Shown: positions 19,183-27,981 of the stretch, piece after piece
Numbering within the stretch: the first letter of the stretch is position 1
Layout: the number at the start of each line of letters is the position of its first letter
DNA from: a candidate division WOR-3 bacterium
Lineage (GTDB): Bacteria > Hydrothermota > UBA3073
DNA: 64,000 nt
Assembly (NCBI GenBank): GCA_023129165.1
Contig: JAGMCL010000119.1
Coordinates: 4,714 to 68,713 of the forward strand
Reading direction: 5' to 3'
Translations under genes and position numbers: made by a program
The notes under the pieces: model-generated
Seen by the model: the letters and a program-made list of their open reading frames with translations, nothing else
What the model was told of the DNA's origin: nothing
Databases searched by the model: none

Positions 19183-19248
19183 ACATCCAACATTCCACAA
19201 ACATTAAACATCTAACATTCAACATTAAACATGTAACATTCCAACAGT
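19183..19248. repeat. heptamer microsatellite (N-AACAT-N)n, second array
   Basis: cacatccaacattccacaaacattaaacatctaacattcaacattaaacatgtaacattccaacag. Confidence 0.6.
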
Positions 19249-19293
19249 CTGAAGACTGTCACTCCATATAACCACAGAATATTCCATCAACTA

Positions 19294-19908
19294 TTATACC
19301 CTATCATATAGTATAAGACTAAGGACAACCTTACCCTTGTTACCTTCCTCTCTGATATATTTAGACCCTCCTATTACACGTGTAGCCAGTATAATAAAAG
19401 AGATAGATAATGAAATTCCAAACGTCCAGAGTGGTTCTGGAAAAATAAGTGTAAGAATTGGTACAATACACATAAGGACAAATGTAGGAAGAGCTGAGCT
19501 CTTTATTATTATAGTAAGTAATATAAAAGCCCCAAATCCACACATCGCCTCAAGAGGAAGAAGGTAAAACAGCACACCACAGGAGGTTGCAAGACCTCTC
19601 CCCTCACCCTTGAACCGTAAAAATATTGGCCAATTATGTCCCACTATCGCTGAGATGCCAGCAATACTTGCCACAGGCTCTTCAAAACCAACTAATGTAA
19701 GTATAAATATCGGTACTATACCCTTTATAAAATCCGCAAAAAATACTAAAACGGCTGGCAAGAAACCTATGAGAGTATATACATTCGATGCACCTATTCG
19801 CTGGTATCCCTCCTTCCTTATATCCTTCCCAGCAATCCTACCAGCAATGTACCCGAATGGGATAGAACCGAAGAGATAGCCCAAGAGTATCGATGGGATG
19901 TATAACAT
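19294..19908 (-). CDS. plsY: glycerol-3-phosphate acyltransferase PlsY
   Basis: 204-aa polytopic membrane protein. GHNWPIFLRFKGEGRGLATSCGVL matches the PlsY signature. Confidence 0.8.
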   Translation of the reverse strand: MLYIPSILLGYLFGSIPFGYIAGRIAGKDIRKEGYQRIGASNVYTLIGFLPAVLVFFADFIKGIVPIFILTLVGFEEPVASIAGISAIVGHNWPIFLRFKGEGRGLATSCGVLFYLLPLEAMCGFGAFILLTIIIKSSALPTFVLMCIVPILTLIFPEPLWTFGISLSISFIILATRVIGGSKYIREEGNKGKVVLSLILYDRV

Positions 19909-20029
19909 AATAAAATGTCAAATTTCCAATTACCAATATCCAATGAATATCAAATTCCTAAATTCTCAAATCATTTGACATTTGGGCTTTTATTAGGAAT
20001 TGGAAATTCGGATTTTGAAATTCTACTAT

Positions 20030-21853
20030 TTATTCCACTGTTACACTCTTTGCAAGGTTCCTTGGTTTGTCTACGTCAAGACCCCTCATTACCGCAATAT
20101 GATATGCAAGAAGTTGTAGAGGTATAGTCGTGAGTATTGGGGAAAGCATATCTATAGTCAATGGAACTTCAACAGCATAATCCACGAGATTTTTTATCTC
20201 TTCATCACCCTCTGATATTACTGCAAGCACAATACCCTTCCGGCACTTCACCTCCTGAATATTCGATATTATCTTGTCATATACCATACTCTTTGTGGCG
20301 ATAAATACAACAGGCATTTTCTCATCTATAAGAGCTATTGGTCCATGTTTCATCTCTGCAGCAGGATAGCCCTCTGCGTGTATGTAGGATATCTCCTTCA
20401 ATTTCAATGCTCCCTCAAGTGCAACTGGATAGTTATAGCTTCTACCAAGAAACAAAAAGTTGTTGCTTTTATAAAACTTCCTGGCAATATTCATAATTTT
20501 CTTGTTCTGTTTTAACACCTTACCTACCCTCGAGGGCAACTCCGAGATGGCCTCAACAATTTCTCTACCTTCCTCATATGAGAGGTGTCTTATTCTGCCA
20601 AGCAAAAGTGCCACCATTGAAAGAACTATAACCTGTGAGGTAAATGCCTTTGTCGAAGCAACACCAATCTCCGGACCCGCATGTATATATATACCACCAT
20701 CTGTTTTTCTCGCAATACTGCTGCCAACAACATTACAAATACCCAGTGTAAGAGCTCCCTTTCTTTTAGCCTCCTTCACTGCAGCAAGAGTATCTGCTGT
20801 CTCGCCGGATTGAGTTATGGCGAAAACAACACTTCTCTCATCAAGAATCGGACTCCTATATCTGAACTCCGACGCATACTCTACCTCGCAGGCTATTCCC
20901 GCTGTTTTTTCAATCATATACTCTCCCACAAGTCCGGCATGCCAGGCTGTCCCGCAAGCTGTAAGGATTATACGCTCCGCATCTTGCAGGGCTTCAAGAT
21001 TCATATCAAGACCATCAAGCCTTGCTATACCTTCAGTAAAATTTAATCTACCCCTTATTGCATTTTCTAACGTCGTGGGTTGTTCAAATATCTCTTTCAA
21101 CATGTAATGGGGATATCCACCCTTTTCAATCTCATCAAGCGTCCATGTAACCTCCTCAATCTTTGGAATTATCTCATCCTCGTTTAGATTTGTTACCATG
21201 TAACCCTCATCAGTAATACTCGCAAGTTCTCCATCCTCAAGATAAACGACCTCTCTCGTATAATGTATAAGAGCAGCCACATCAGAGGCAACAAAATATT
21301 CATCCTTCCCCTGACCTACAACAAGGGGAGACCCCATCCTTGCAATAACTATCTCCCTTTTTCTCTTATGTATAACTGCTATACCATAAGTTCCCTCAAC
21401 TTCGGCAAGGGCAAATCTCGTTGCCTGAAGAAGGTCTCCTTTATAATATTCCTCAACAAGGTGTGCAATTACCTCGGTATCAGTAGGGGTGCGAAATTTA
21501 TGACCTTTTCTCTTTAAAAACTCTCTTAATGTATTATTATTCTCAATGATACCGTTATGTACAACTGCAATCTCTCCAGAACAATCTAAATGAGGATGCG
21601 CATTTGAATCACTTGGCTCCCCGTGTGTTGCCCATCTTGTATGAGCTATGCCTATGGTGGAATGAATCTTTAAATTAGAGATTTCCTTTTCAAGTTCGCT
21701 TATCCTTCCTGCCTTTTTCTGTAGAATCAGGTCATTGTCTGCCAGAACAGCAATACCTGCTGAATCATAACCCCGGTATTCAAGCCGTTTAATCCCATCT
21801 ATAAGGATTGGAACTGCCTCTTTTTTACCTATATATCCAACAATACCACACAT
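20030..21853 (-). CDS. glmS: glutamine--fructose-6-phosphate aminotransferase
   Basis: The N-terminus MCGIVGYIG has the nucleophilic Cys2. It is followed by an Ntn amidotransferase domain and two SIS domains. 607 aa, ending ...KSVTVE. Confidence 0.95.
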   Translation of the reverse strand: MCGIVGYIGKKEAVPILIDGIKRLEYRGYDSAGIAVLADNDLILQKKAGRISELEKEISNLKIHSTIGIAHTRWATHGEPSDSNAHPHLDCSGEIAVVHNGIIENNNTLREFLKRKGHKFRTPTDTEVIAHLVEEYYKGDLLQATRFALAEVEGTYGIAVIHKRKREIVIARMGSPLVVGQGKDEYFVASDVAALIHYTREVVYLEDGELASITDEGYMVTNLNEDEIIPKIEEVTWTLDEIEKGGYPHYMLKEIFEQPTTLENAIRGRLNFTEGIARLDGLDMNLEALQDAERIILTACGTAWHAGLVGEYMIEKTAGIACEVEYASEFRYRSPILDERSVVFAITQSGETADTLAAVKEAKRKGALTLGICNVVGSSIARKTDGGIYIHAGPEIGVASTKAFTSQVIVLSMVALLLGRIRHLSYEEGREIVEAISELPSRVGKVLKQNKKIMNIARKFYKSNNFLFLGRSYNYPVALEGALKLKEISYIHAEGYPAAEMKHGPIALIDEKMPVVFIATKSMVYDKIISNIQEVKCRKGIVLAVISEGDEEIKNLVDYAVEVPLTIDMLSPILTTIPLQLLAYHIAVMRGLDVDKPRNLAKSVTVE

Positions 21854-21892
21854 AAGACTAACAAATCAAAAATTAAATATCAAAATGCAAAA

Positions 21893-23191
21893 TTATAGCA
21901 ATGCGCTTTTTGCTTTTTTAATCAACATATTGCAGGTCTCTTCCTTTTCAGCCTCACAGATGATTCTTATTACATCTTCCGTGTTTGACTTTCGGATATG
22001 TATAAAGGCATCATCATAATCAATACGTAAACCATCCTCATCTCTCAACTCACCATCAGGGAGAACTTTAGTAAGCCTCTCGAAGTCAATATCGCCAGTC
22101 TTATTGACCTTTTCCTTCTTCATATAGAAGAACGGAAGTCTTTTTATAAGTTTAGATATAGATTCCTTCTCTTCTGCCATATACTCAAGAATGAGCGAGA
22201 TGGCTGATAGTCCATCTCTTGTTAGATGCATATCTGGCCAGATTACACCACCGTTCCCTTCTCCCCCAAATATGGCACCAACCTTTCTCATCTTCTGTAC
22301 TACATTCACTTCTCCAACCTTTGTACGTTCAACATAGTTACCTGCAATATATTCAATCATCCTTGAGGTGGAAAGATTGGTTACCACCTTGCCTTTCCTT
22401 TTTTTAAAAATATGTGACAAAGCCATGGCGAGTGTGTATTCCTCTCCCGGAACCTCACCTTCATTTGTTATTACAGCAATCCTGTCTCCATCCATATCTG
22501 AGGCAAAACCTATGTCAAAATCTCCCATCCTGCAGGCATCCCCGACCTTATGTAGATTTGATGGAAGGGGCTCGGGATTTCTTTTTGTATCCATAATTGT
22601 GACATAACAACCTAAAAGCTCGAGAAGTTGCTGTGCAGGAGAGGAAAGCGCCCCAAAACAACCATCAAATATAACCCTGAACTCTTTCTCCCTTATACTC
22701 TCAATATTAACAAGTCCAAGAATTCTATCTATATGCCTTTTAAGCCCATCTCCATCATACTCTACTATTCCAACCTGTTCCCACGATTCTAAGTTAAAGT
22801 CTTCCCTAGCATAAATCCTATATAATTCCTTTACATCTTCCTCTGAAAGGAAAAGTCCTTTCTTATCATTGAATTTCAAACCATTCCAATCAAGAGGATT
22901 GTGTGATGCTGTAACAACAACACCTCCACTTTTGTTCAACAGAGAGGTGTTAAGGAGTACTGTAGGAGTTGGAACTACACCAAGATTTATTATAGAATTC
23001 CCGGTAGATAGAAATCCGCTTGTAAATGCATTAAGTATCAAATCACTAGTTCTGCGTGTATCTCTTCCGATAACAATATTACCTGATAAAAAATTTCCGA
23101 ATGATAAGCCAAAGGCAAGAGAATCCTGTGGAAAGAAAGAGGAATTAACTATACCCCTTACACCGGAGATACCAAGGATGAGGCCCGACAT
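21893..23191 (-). CDS. phosphoglucosamine/phosphohexose mutase (GlmM-like)
   Basis: GISGVRGIV...GRDTR...VVVTASHNPLDWNGLKF contains the active-site Ser loop of the alpha-D-phosphohexomutase family. The gene is adjacent to glmS, with a 39-nt gap. Confidence 0.7.
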   Translation of the reverse strand: MSGLILGISGVRGIVNSSFFPQDSLAFGLSFGNFLSGNIVIGRDTRRTSDLILNAFTSGFLSTGNSIINLGVVPTPTVLLNTSLLNKSGGVVVTASHNPLDWNGLKFNDKKGLFLSEEDVKELYRIYAREDFNLESWEQVGIVEYDGDGLKRHIDRILGLVNIESIREKEFRVIFDGCFGALSSPAQQLLELLGCYVTIMDTKRNPEPLPSNLHKVGDACRMGDFDIGFASDMDGDRIAVITNEGEVPGEEYTLAMALSHIFKKRKGKVVTNLSTSRMIEYIAGNYVERTKVGEVNVVQKMRKVGAIFGGEGNGGVIWPDMHLTRDGLSAISLILEYMAEEKESISKLIKRLPFFYMKKEKVNKTGDIDFERLTKVLPDGELRDEDGLRIDYDDAFIHIRKSNTEDVIRIICEAEKEETCNMLIKKAKSALL

Positions 23192-23291
23192 ATAATTATA
23201 TCAAAAATCAAATAGTAAAAGTAGCCACTGATTTCACTGATTGGAAAACATTCTTTAATTTTAAAAATCTTAAAAATTTGAAGCTATCTTT

Positions 23292-23364
23292 AGCCGATGA
23301 GCGGGGTCGAACCGCTGACCTGCGCATTACGAATGCGCTGCTCTACCAACTGAGCTACATCGGC
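23292..23364 (-). tRNA. tRNA-Thr (anticodon CGT)
   Basis: Minus-strand sequence GCCGATGTAGCTCAGTTGGTAGAGCAGCGCATTCGTAATGCGCAGGTCAGCGGTTCGACCCCGCTCATCGGCT folds into a clean cloverleaf. The anticodon loop is TTCGTAA and the T-loop is TTCGACC. CCA is not encoded. Confidence 0.85.
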
Positions 23365-23769
23365 AATCTCTTTTTTGGACGCAGATTTACCCCGTTAAAT
23401 AGAACCGTCCCAGCGACACTCCGACATTTATTTTAAGTTATTTAACGGGGTGAACGCAGATAATATTTATTTCTTATATCTATAAGACCCTTTCCACCTG
23501 CATTTGTGCCTATTTCTTCGAACTCTCCAGATATTTTTCAAGTAAATCATAGAATCAGTGTATCAGTTGGAAGGATACCAGAGCAACAGAATACCAGGTT
23601 CTGATTTACTGATAATCTATTAACTGATCCTCTGTTATCCTGATAAGCCTATTACCTGTAACTATCTATCCCGCTTTCTTCGGGATCCCGCCAAAGGCGG
23701 GACATCCAATTTCTTCTTTATAGCAAGAGACGGAATTTCACCCAGTACCATTTGAATACATTGAAAATT

Positions 23770-23842
23770 TGGCGAGAGACGGGATCGAACCGTCGACACC
23801 TGGATTTTCAGTCCAGTGCTCTACCTACTGAGCTATCTCGCC
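23770..23842 (-). tRNA. tRNA-Phe (anticodon GAA)
   Basis: Minus-strand sequence GGCGAGATAGCTCAGTAGGTAGAGCACTGGACTGAAAATCCAGGTGTCGACGGTTCGATCCCGTCTCTCGCCA folds into a cloverleaf. The anticodon loop is CTGAAAA. Confidence 0.85.
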
Positions 23843-23912
23843 TTTTTCAAACAACCTTTTAAACAATCTGAATTATATCATAAAAAACAAGAAATGTCAA
23901 GGAAAAATTAAA

Positions 23913-24330
23913 CATAAGCGATTGCTTCGCTCACGCTCGCAATGAATAGGTGTTGTATGCGATTGCTTCTTCCGTCAATCCGTCACACTTCTTGACGGAC
24001 GACTGACTCGTAATGATAGTACGTGTTACCTATCGTTCGCAGGTTAAAACCTGCGGCTACCATTTATAGACTTTGGAGTGCCTGCCTGCGGTAGGCAGGC
24101 TGTGACCGCGTTTACCCTGTAGAGGAATACTCTACTATGGGGTCACAGTGGTGCCCCGCTATAGCGGGGTACTCCAAAAAGCTGTCATTGCGAACGAACG
24201 AAGTGAGTGTGGCAATCTCATTTGTTATACTTACATACACCCCAAAAAGAGATTGCTTCGCTTACACTCGCAATGACAAGGTGTTGTATGTGATTGCTTC
24301 TTCCGATAGTCAACCAGACACTCGCAAGTC
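23913..24330. repeat. REP/MITE-like composite element, second copy of the ~270-bp unit at 18711-18985
   Basis: Long collinear matches include ...tccgtcaatc[cg]...cgcaatga..gtacgtgttacct.tcgttcg..gg.taaa.cc..cggctaccattt..ggagtgcctgcctgcggtaggcaggc...ccccgc..ggcggggtactccaaaaag.tgtcattgcgaacgaacgaagtgagtgtggcaatctcatttgttatacttac.tacaccccaaaaagagattgcttcg. Confidence 0.6.
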
Positions 24331-24400
24331 TTAACAGGGATTATTGTGTTTAGCGTGAATGACTGCAGGCAAATAAGGCTTTTAGGCTATCTATTAACAA

Positions 24401-24428
24401 AAAAGGGGGGCAAAAAGCCCCCCTTTTA
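24401..24428 (-). terminator. bidirectional intrinsic terminator
   Basis: aaaaGGGGGGCaaaaaGCCCCCCtttt gives a 7-bp G/C stem flanked by A and T runs. It lies 10 nt downstream of the stop of the 24439 gene. Confidence 0.7.
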
Positions 24429-24438
24429 GTTTCAAAAA

Positions 24439-27400
24439 CTATCTCAAGAGCACAAGTTTGCCCATCTTCTCATATCCTTCGGCGTCCATCTTGTAGAAGT
24501 AAATTCCAGAGGGCAGTCTAATACCTTCATCACTTGACCCATCCCATCTATATGAATGATGTCCTGCACCAAGCTTTTCATCAACAAGTCTCTTTACGAG
24601 TCTACCTGAAGCATCATATACCAATATACTTACATCCATAACATCTATAAGTGCAAACTTGATTGTCGTTCCTGTAGTAAACGGATTAGGCGAAATTAAC
24701 TCTATACCAGTAAAATCTACACCCTCTATTCCAGTGCAAATCTTCTTTACGGTTATATCAAATCGCCTTATCTCGCCAGGTGCCTTTCTGTTCAATAAAA
24801 GAACGGGATTTGTTAGTATAGCTTCAATATCAGTGTCCGCAACCTTCCTGGAAGTGTTAATAATATCGTAACTGCTTCTGTCAGCCATTTTAAGCTCATT
24901 ACCAGACTCATCTGTAATAATGAATTCGTATCCACTCACATCACCCTCAAACTCCCAGGACAGCTCTACAGTTTCATTATTCGTATTAAGCTCTATCTCG
25001 ACTGGAATGTTCATTGTTCCTTCAAAATTCTCAAGCTTAAGATGCTTGAAGCCAGCATCACCTTGAGGGATATAAAGCATCACATACTCATCCAGTGGAA
25101 CTATAAACTCAACAACCGATAATGCCCTTGAGTCATCCGACATACCCACATAATTATACTCATCTACAAGGTCTCCTGACTTTAGAGACAGCTTGAGCTG
25201 CCAATCCCAGGTAGCCTGTGAATTATTTTCCCTGTCTCCCTCACTATTGGAACTCATACATATAGCAGGTAAGCTATAATCTGCAATCATGGGTGTGCTC
25301 TTAATAGGAGGTGTCCATGGGGTAAAGAGTTGTGCAGGGAAGGTTACACTGCCAAGACCAGGATCTGCTACCTGTACCCAGAAACCCATCATAGCTTCTA
25401 TCCACCCGTCCCAACTACCGGGATATACGAGATACTGATATCCATCGAAGCACTGTGCAACATAATTTACATTATTCAACTGCAGGCTATCAAAATGAAT
25501 CGCACCATACATACCATTCTTAGGCGTAAGCATAGACCAATAAGGAAACGGAACTCCGATAAGATTCCATCCATAAATGTAAGGGTTAGGATAAGTACGG
25601 GATACGAATATCTCATGAGGAAGGATGATTGGTGTACCCATCACATCTGCATAGTCAGCAGTAAAGTTACCTAACATATAGCCTCCTGCAGGATATCCAG
25701 ATGGAAAACCCACATACGAAGGATAGAAGTATGCTCCTGTCCACTCGTCAAATCCATATGTATTAACCGCCTTTGTTGGTAAATCATCCCCCCATGCATG
25801 GTCAGACTCCGGTACATCATATGGGGGTAATAGTATTGCCGGCACACTCACAAGATTCCATCCTGTATGCAGGTCAATCCAGGTTACTATCTCAAGACGA
25901 GTTTGGCCACCATAACACCCCATGTCGTTTCGGCTTCCATCCCAATCATTATATGACGGGTCTGGGTCGCCTGCATCGATACAGGGTGAACCCCAGGTAA
26001 GCTGAAGCCAGGTCCTATTAACAAGAGGGTCTTGAAAGATATTATTATCCATAAATATAGCACCAAATGGGTCGATAACATCAGCAACTCCATTTTCATA
26101 GAGGTCTGAGTATGTCAAGTCTACTGGATATCCCGACTTCTTATCCAACCACCAAAACGGAAAGTCCCAACAAACACCACAACCTGAATTCCATGCTATA
26201 ATATTATTTTTCATCTCACTCTTAGAGAATACGATATAGACACCGCCTGCTGGTATATCAGTACCTAACACTACATCATCTATAGCCATATCAGCATTTT
26301 CATCTGCTACAGCATTGAATGCAATCATTATATTATCTACTATTGTTTTATCTGTTAGATAAGGAGATAAATCCAGAGTTGCCTTATACCACTGCCAGTT
26401 GTACCACGGCCAAGTCCCACCAGAATTGACTACATCGGCTGAATCGCCGAATGTCCATAGATTATCCCAGGTAATACCACCATCAGTTGAAATCTTCACA
26501 AATAGATCACCATGGTCCTCTACCACATGCCAATACCAACTTGATTTCCACCAGAAAGAAAGGAAGATGCCTGATAATCCATCCACATAAATATCAGGAG
26601 TAATGAGCCACTCATCTAAATCATATCCCCAGGGACAGAGTGCACCATACAGCCCAGTGTGACAATAAGACCAAGGATCTGATTGACGCCAGTGAGCAGT
26701 CTGATAACCCGGACTGCTTAGACCATCTATCACAGTCCATCCAGAAGGTGGGAAGATTCCCTCAAAGCCCTCTGATAATATCGTAAATTTTTCGCTGTGG
26801 GTAACTGGGTCTTCAATATCTCCTTCTTTTACTGTTGGAGGACAGCTTCTACTCATCATATCACCTTCGGATGTTCCTGATGAGGTAACCGCCTTATTTA
26901 CCTTGTCAAAAGTTAAATTCTCAGACTCCCCCATTACTTCATAATCATTCACCATCTCTTTTAGAAGGTCCATATAACCTTCGGGTAATTGCAAACCTTC
27001 TAAATCTATTTTATCCACATATTCATAACCTGCCCAGTTGTCTACAATGGTGTTGTTAATTATATCAACATCTACCGGGAAAAACCCATCTTCCTTTATT
27101 CCAAGATCAGCAAACGAGATAAGAGCAATGGCTCCACCTGAAATCATTGCATAATTTAAGCGGAAGAGGTTATTCTGTATAATTCCAGTACAACAGGAAC
27201 TCCAATAATCCCATTCATCGGTCCATATACAGACAGCCCCTCCTGCACCAATAGGGAAGTAAAACCCCTCATCCTTTGGTGCAGGTCCACCAAGAAAGGG
27301 GAATCCTGCAAAGTTGAGCATAAATACGTTTCTTTCAATCTCCACATCTACAGGTATACTATATCCATCAGGTATACTATATCCACCAATATATTTATCA

Positions 27401-27945
27401 TCACTCGATCCACCACCACCGTAAACGTTAACTGCACCACCCGCGATTCCAAAATTTAATAAGAAGATATTGTTGATTATTTTTACATGGTTCACTTCTG
27501 TTATTATCTTGGTAGGACCTTCAGAATGCCCAATCACCGAAACAGCCCCTCCAAGTAAAAATGTAGCATCATTACCTGAAGATTTAGCACCATCCATATA
27601 ATAGCCGCAAAACAGAAAAACGAAGCCGTCAACAGTAATATAGTCACCCCCAATTATTATAATTCCACCACCCATTTGCTTGTCTGCCTTAGGATGCGGA
27701 CCCATCACATCCCCAAATATAACAGCCTCCCACCTATCACGCGATAAGAGGGTGAGGTCCGTCTTCTCATAAATAACTATGAACTCCATATACTCACCCG
27801 ATGCCACTGATATTGTATCTCCTGACAAAGATGCATCAACTGCTGCCTGGATGGTAGGTTCCTCCTCAGGCACCAGTATCTGTACGGCATATGACGGCAC
27901 ACTGAGAATAAGTGCCGCACAAATTACAAATAAAACCTTATTCAT
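24439..27945 (-). CDS. secreted right-handed beta-helix-like protein with T9SS C-terminal sorting domain
   Basis: Start set at MNKVLFVICAALILSVPSYA (signal peptide). Glycine-rich beta-helix-like repeats are present. The C-terminus ...ISPNPF...VYDASGRLVKRLVDEKLGAGHHSYRWDGSSDEGIRLPSGIYFYKMDAEGYEKMGKLVLLR matches the T9SS CTD. Confidence 0.6.
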   Translation of the reverse strand: MNKVLFVICAALILSVPSYAVQILVPEEEPTIQAAVDASLSGDTISVASGEYMEFIVIYEKTDLTLLSRDRWEAVIFGDVMGPHPKADKQMGGGIIIIGGDYITVDGFVFLFCGYYMDGAKSSGNDATFLLGGAVSVIGHSEGPTKIITEVNHVKIINNIFLLNFGIAGGAVNVYGGGGSSDDKYIGGYSIPDGYSIPVDVEIERNVFMLNFAGFPFLGGPAPKDEGFYFPIGAGGAVCIWTDEWDYWSSCCTGIIQNNLFRLNYAMISGGAIALISFADLGIKEDGFFPVDVDIINNTIVDNWAGYEYVDKIDLEGLQLPEGYMDLLKEMVNDYEVMGESENLTFDKVNKAVTSSGTSEGDMMSRSCPPTVKEGDIEDPVTHSEKFTILSEGFEGIFPPSGWTVIDGLSSPGYQTAHWRQSDPWSYCHTGLYGALCPWGYDLDEWLITPDIYVDGLSGIFLSFWWKSSWYWHVVEDHGDLFVKISTDGGITWDNLWTFGDSADVVNSGGTWPWYNWQWYKATLDLSPYLTDKTIVDNIMIAFNAVADENADMAIDDVVLGTDIPAGGVYIVFSKSEMKNNIIAWNSGCGVCWDFPFWWLDKKSGYPVDLTYSDLYENGVADVIDPFGAIFMDNNIFQDPLVNRTWLQLTWGSPCIDAGDPDPSYNDWDGSRNDMGCYGGQTRLEIVTWIDLHTGWNLVSVPAILLPPYDVPESDHAWGDDLPTKAVNTYGFDEWTGAYFYPSYVGFPSGYPAGGYMLGNFTADYADVMGTPIILPHEIFVSRTYPNPYIYGWNLIGVPFPYWSMLTPKNGMYGAIHFDSLQLNNVNYVAQCFDGYQYLVYPGSWDGWIEAMMGFWVQVADPGLGSVTFPAQLFTPWTPPIKSTPMIADYSLPAICMSSNSEGDRENNSQATWDWQLKLSLKSGDLVDEYNYVGMSDDSRALSVVEFIVPLDEYVMLYIPQGDAGFKHLKLENFEGTMNIPVEIELNTNNETVELSWEFEGDVSGYEFIITDESGNELKMADRSSYDIINTSRKVADTDIEAILTNPVLLLNRKAPGEIRRFDITVKKICTGIEGVDFTGIELISPNPFTTGTTIKFALIDVMDVSILVYDASGRLVKRLVDEKLGAGHHSYRWDGSSDEGIRLPSGIYFYKMDAEGYEKMGKLVLLR

Positions 27946-27981
27946 ACAACCTCCTTTGTTTAAACCACATAAAATACCCAT

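Noticed and set aside
18907-19215. 102-aa ORF in the recA-plsY spacer
   Set aside because: It lies entirely within REP/MITE and heptamer-repeat sequence. There is no RBS and its composition is driven by the repeats.
21854-21892. Possible glmS ribozyme upstream of glmS
   Set aside because: Only 39 nt separate glmS from the upstream gene. This is too short for the ribozyme, which is also not expected outside Firmicutes-like lineages.
23461-23760. 300-bp ORF-free stretch between the two tRNAs, as a possible ncRNA or third tRNA
   Set aside because: No cloverleaf can be drawn. It contains CTGAT/ATCAG-rich low-complexity sequence and a CCCGCCaaaGGCGGG REP-type hairpin. I could not support an RNA gene call from sequence alone.
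24137-24334. 65-aa ORF within the second 270-bp repeat copy
   Set aside because: It is encoded by repeat-element sequence shared with 18.8 kb, so it is not a gene.
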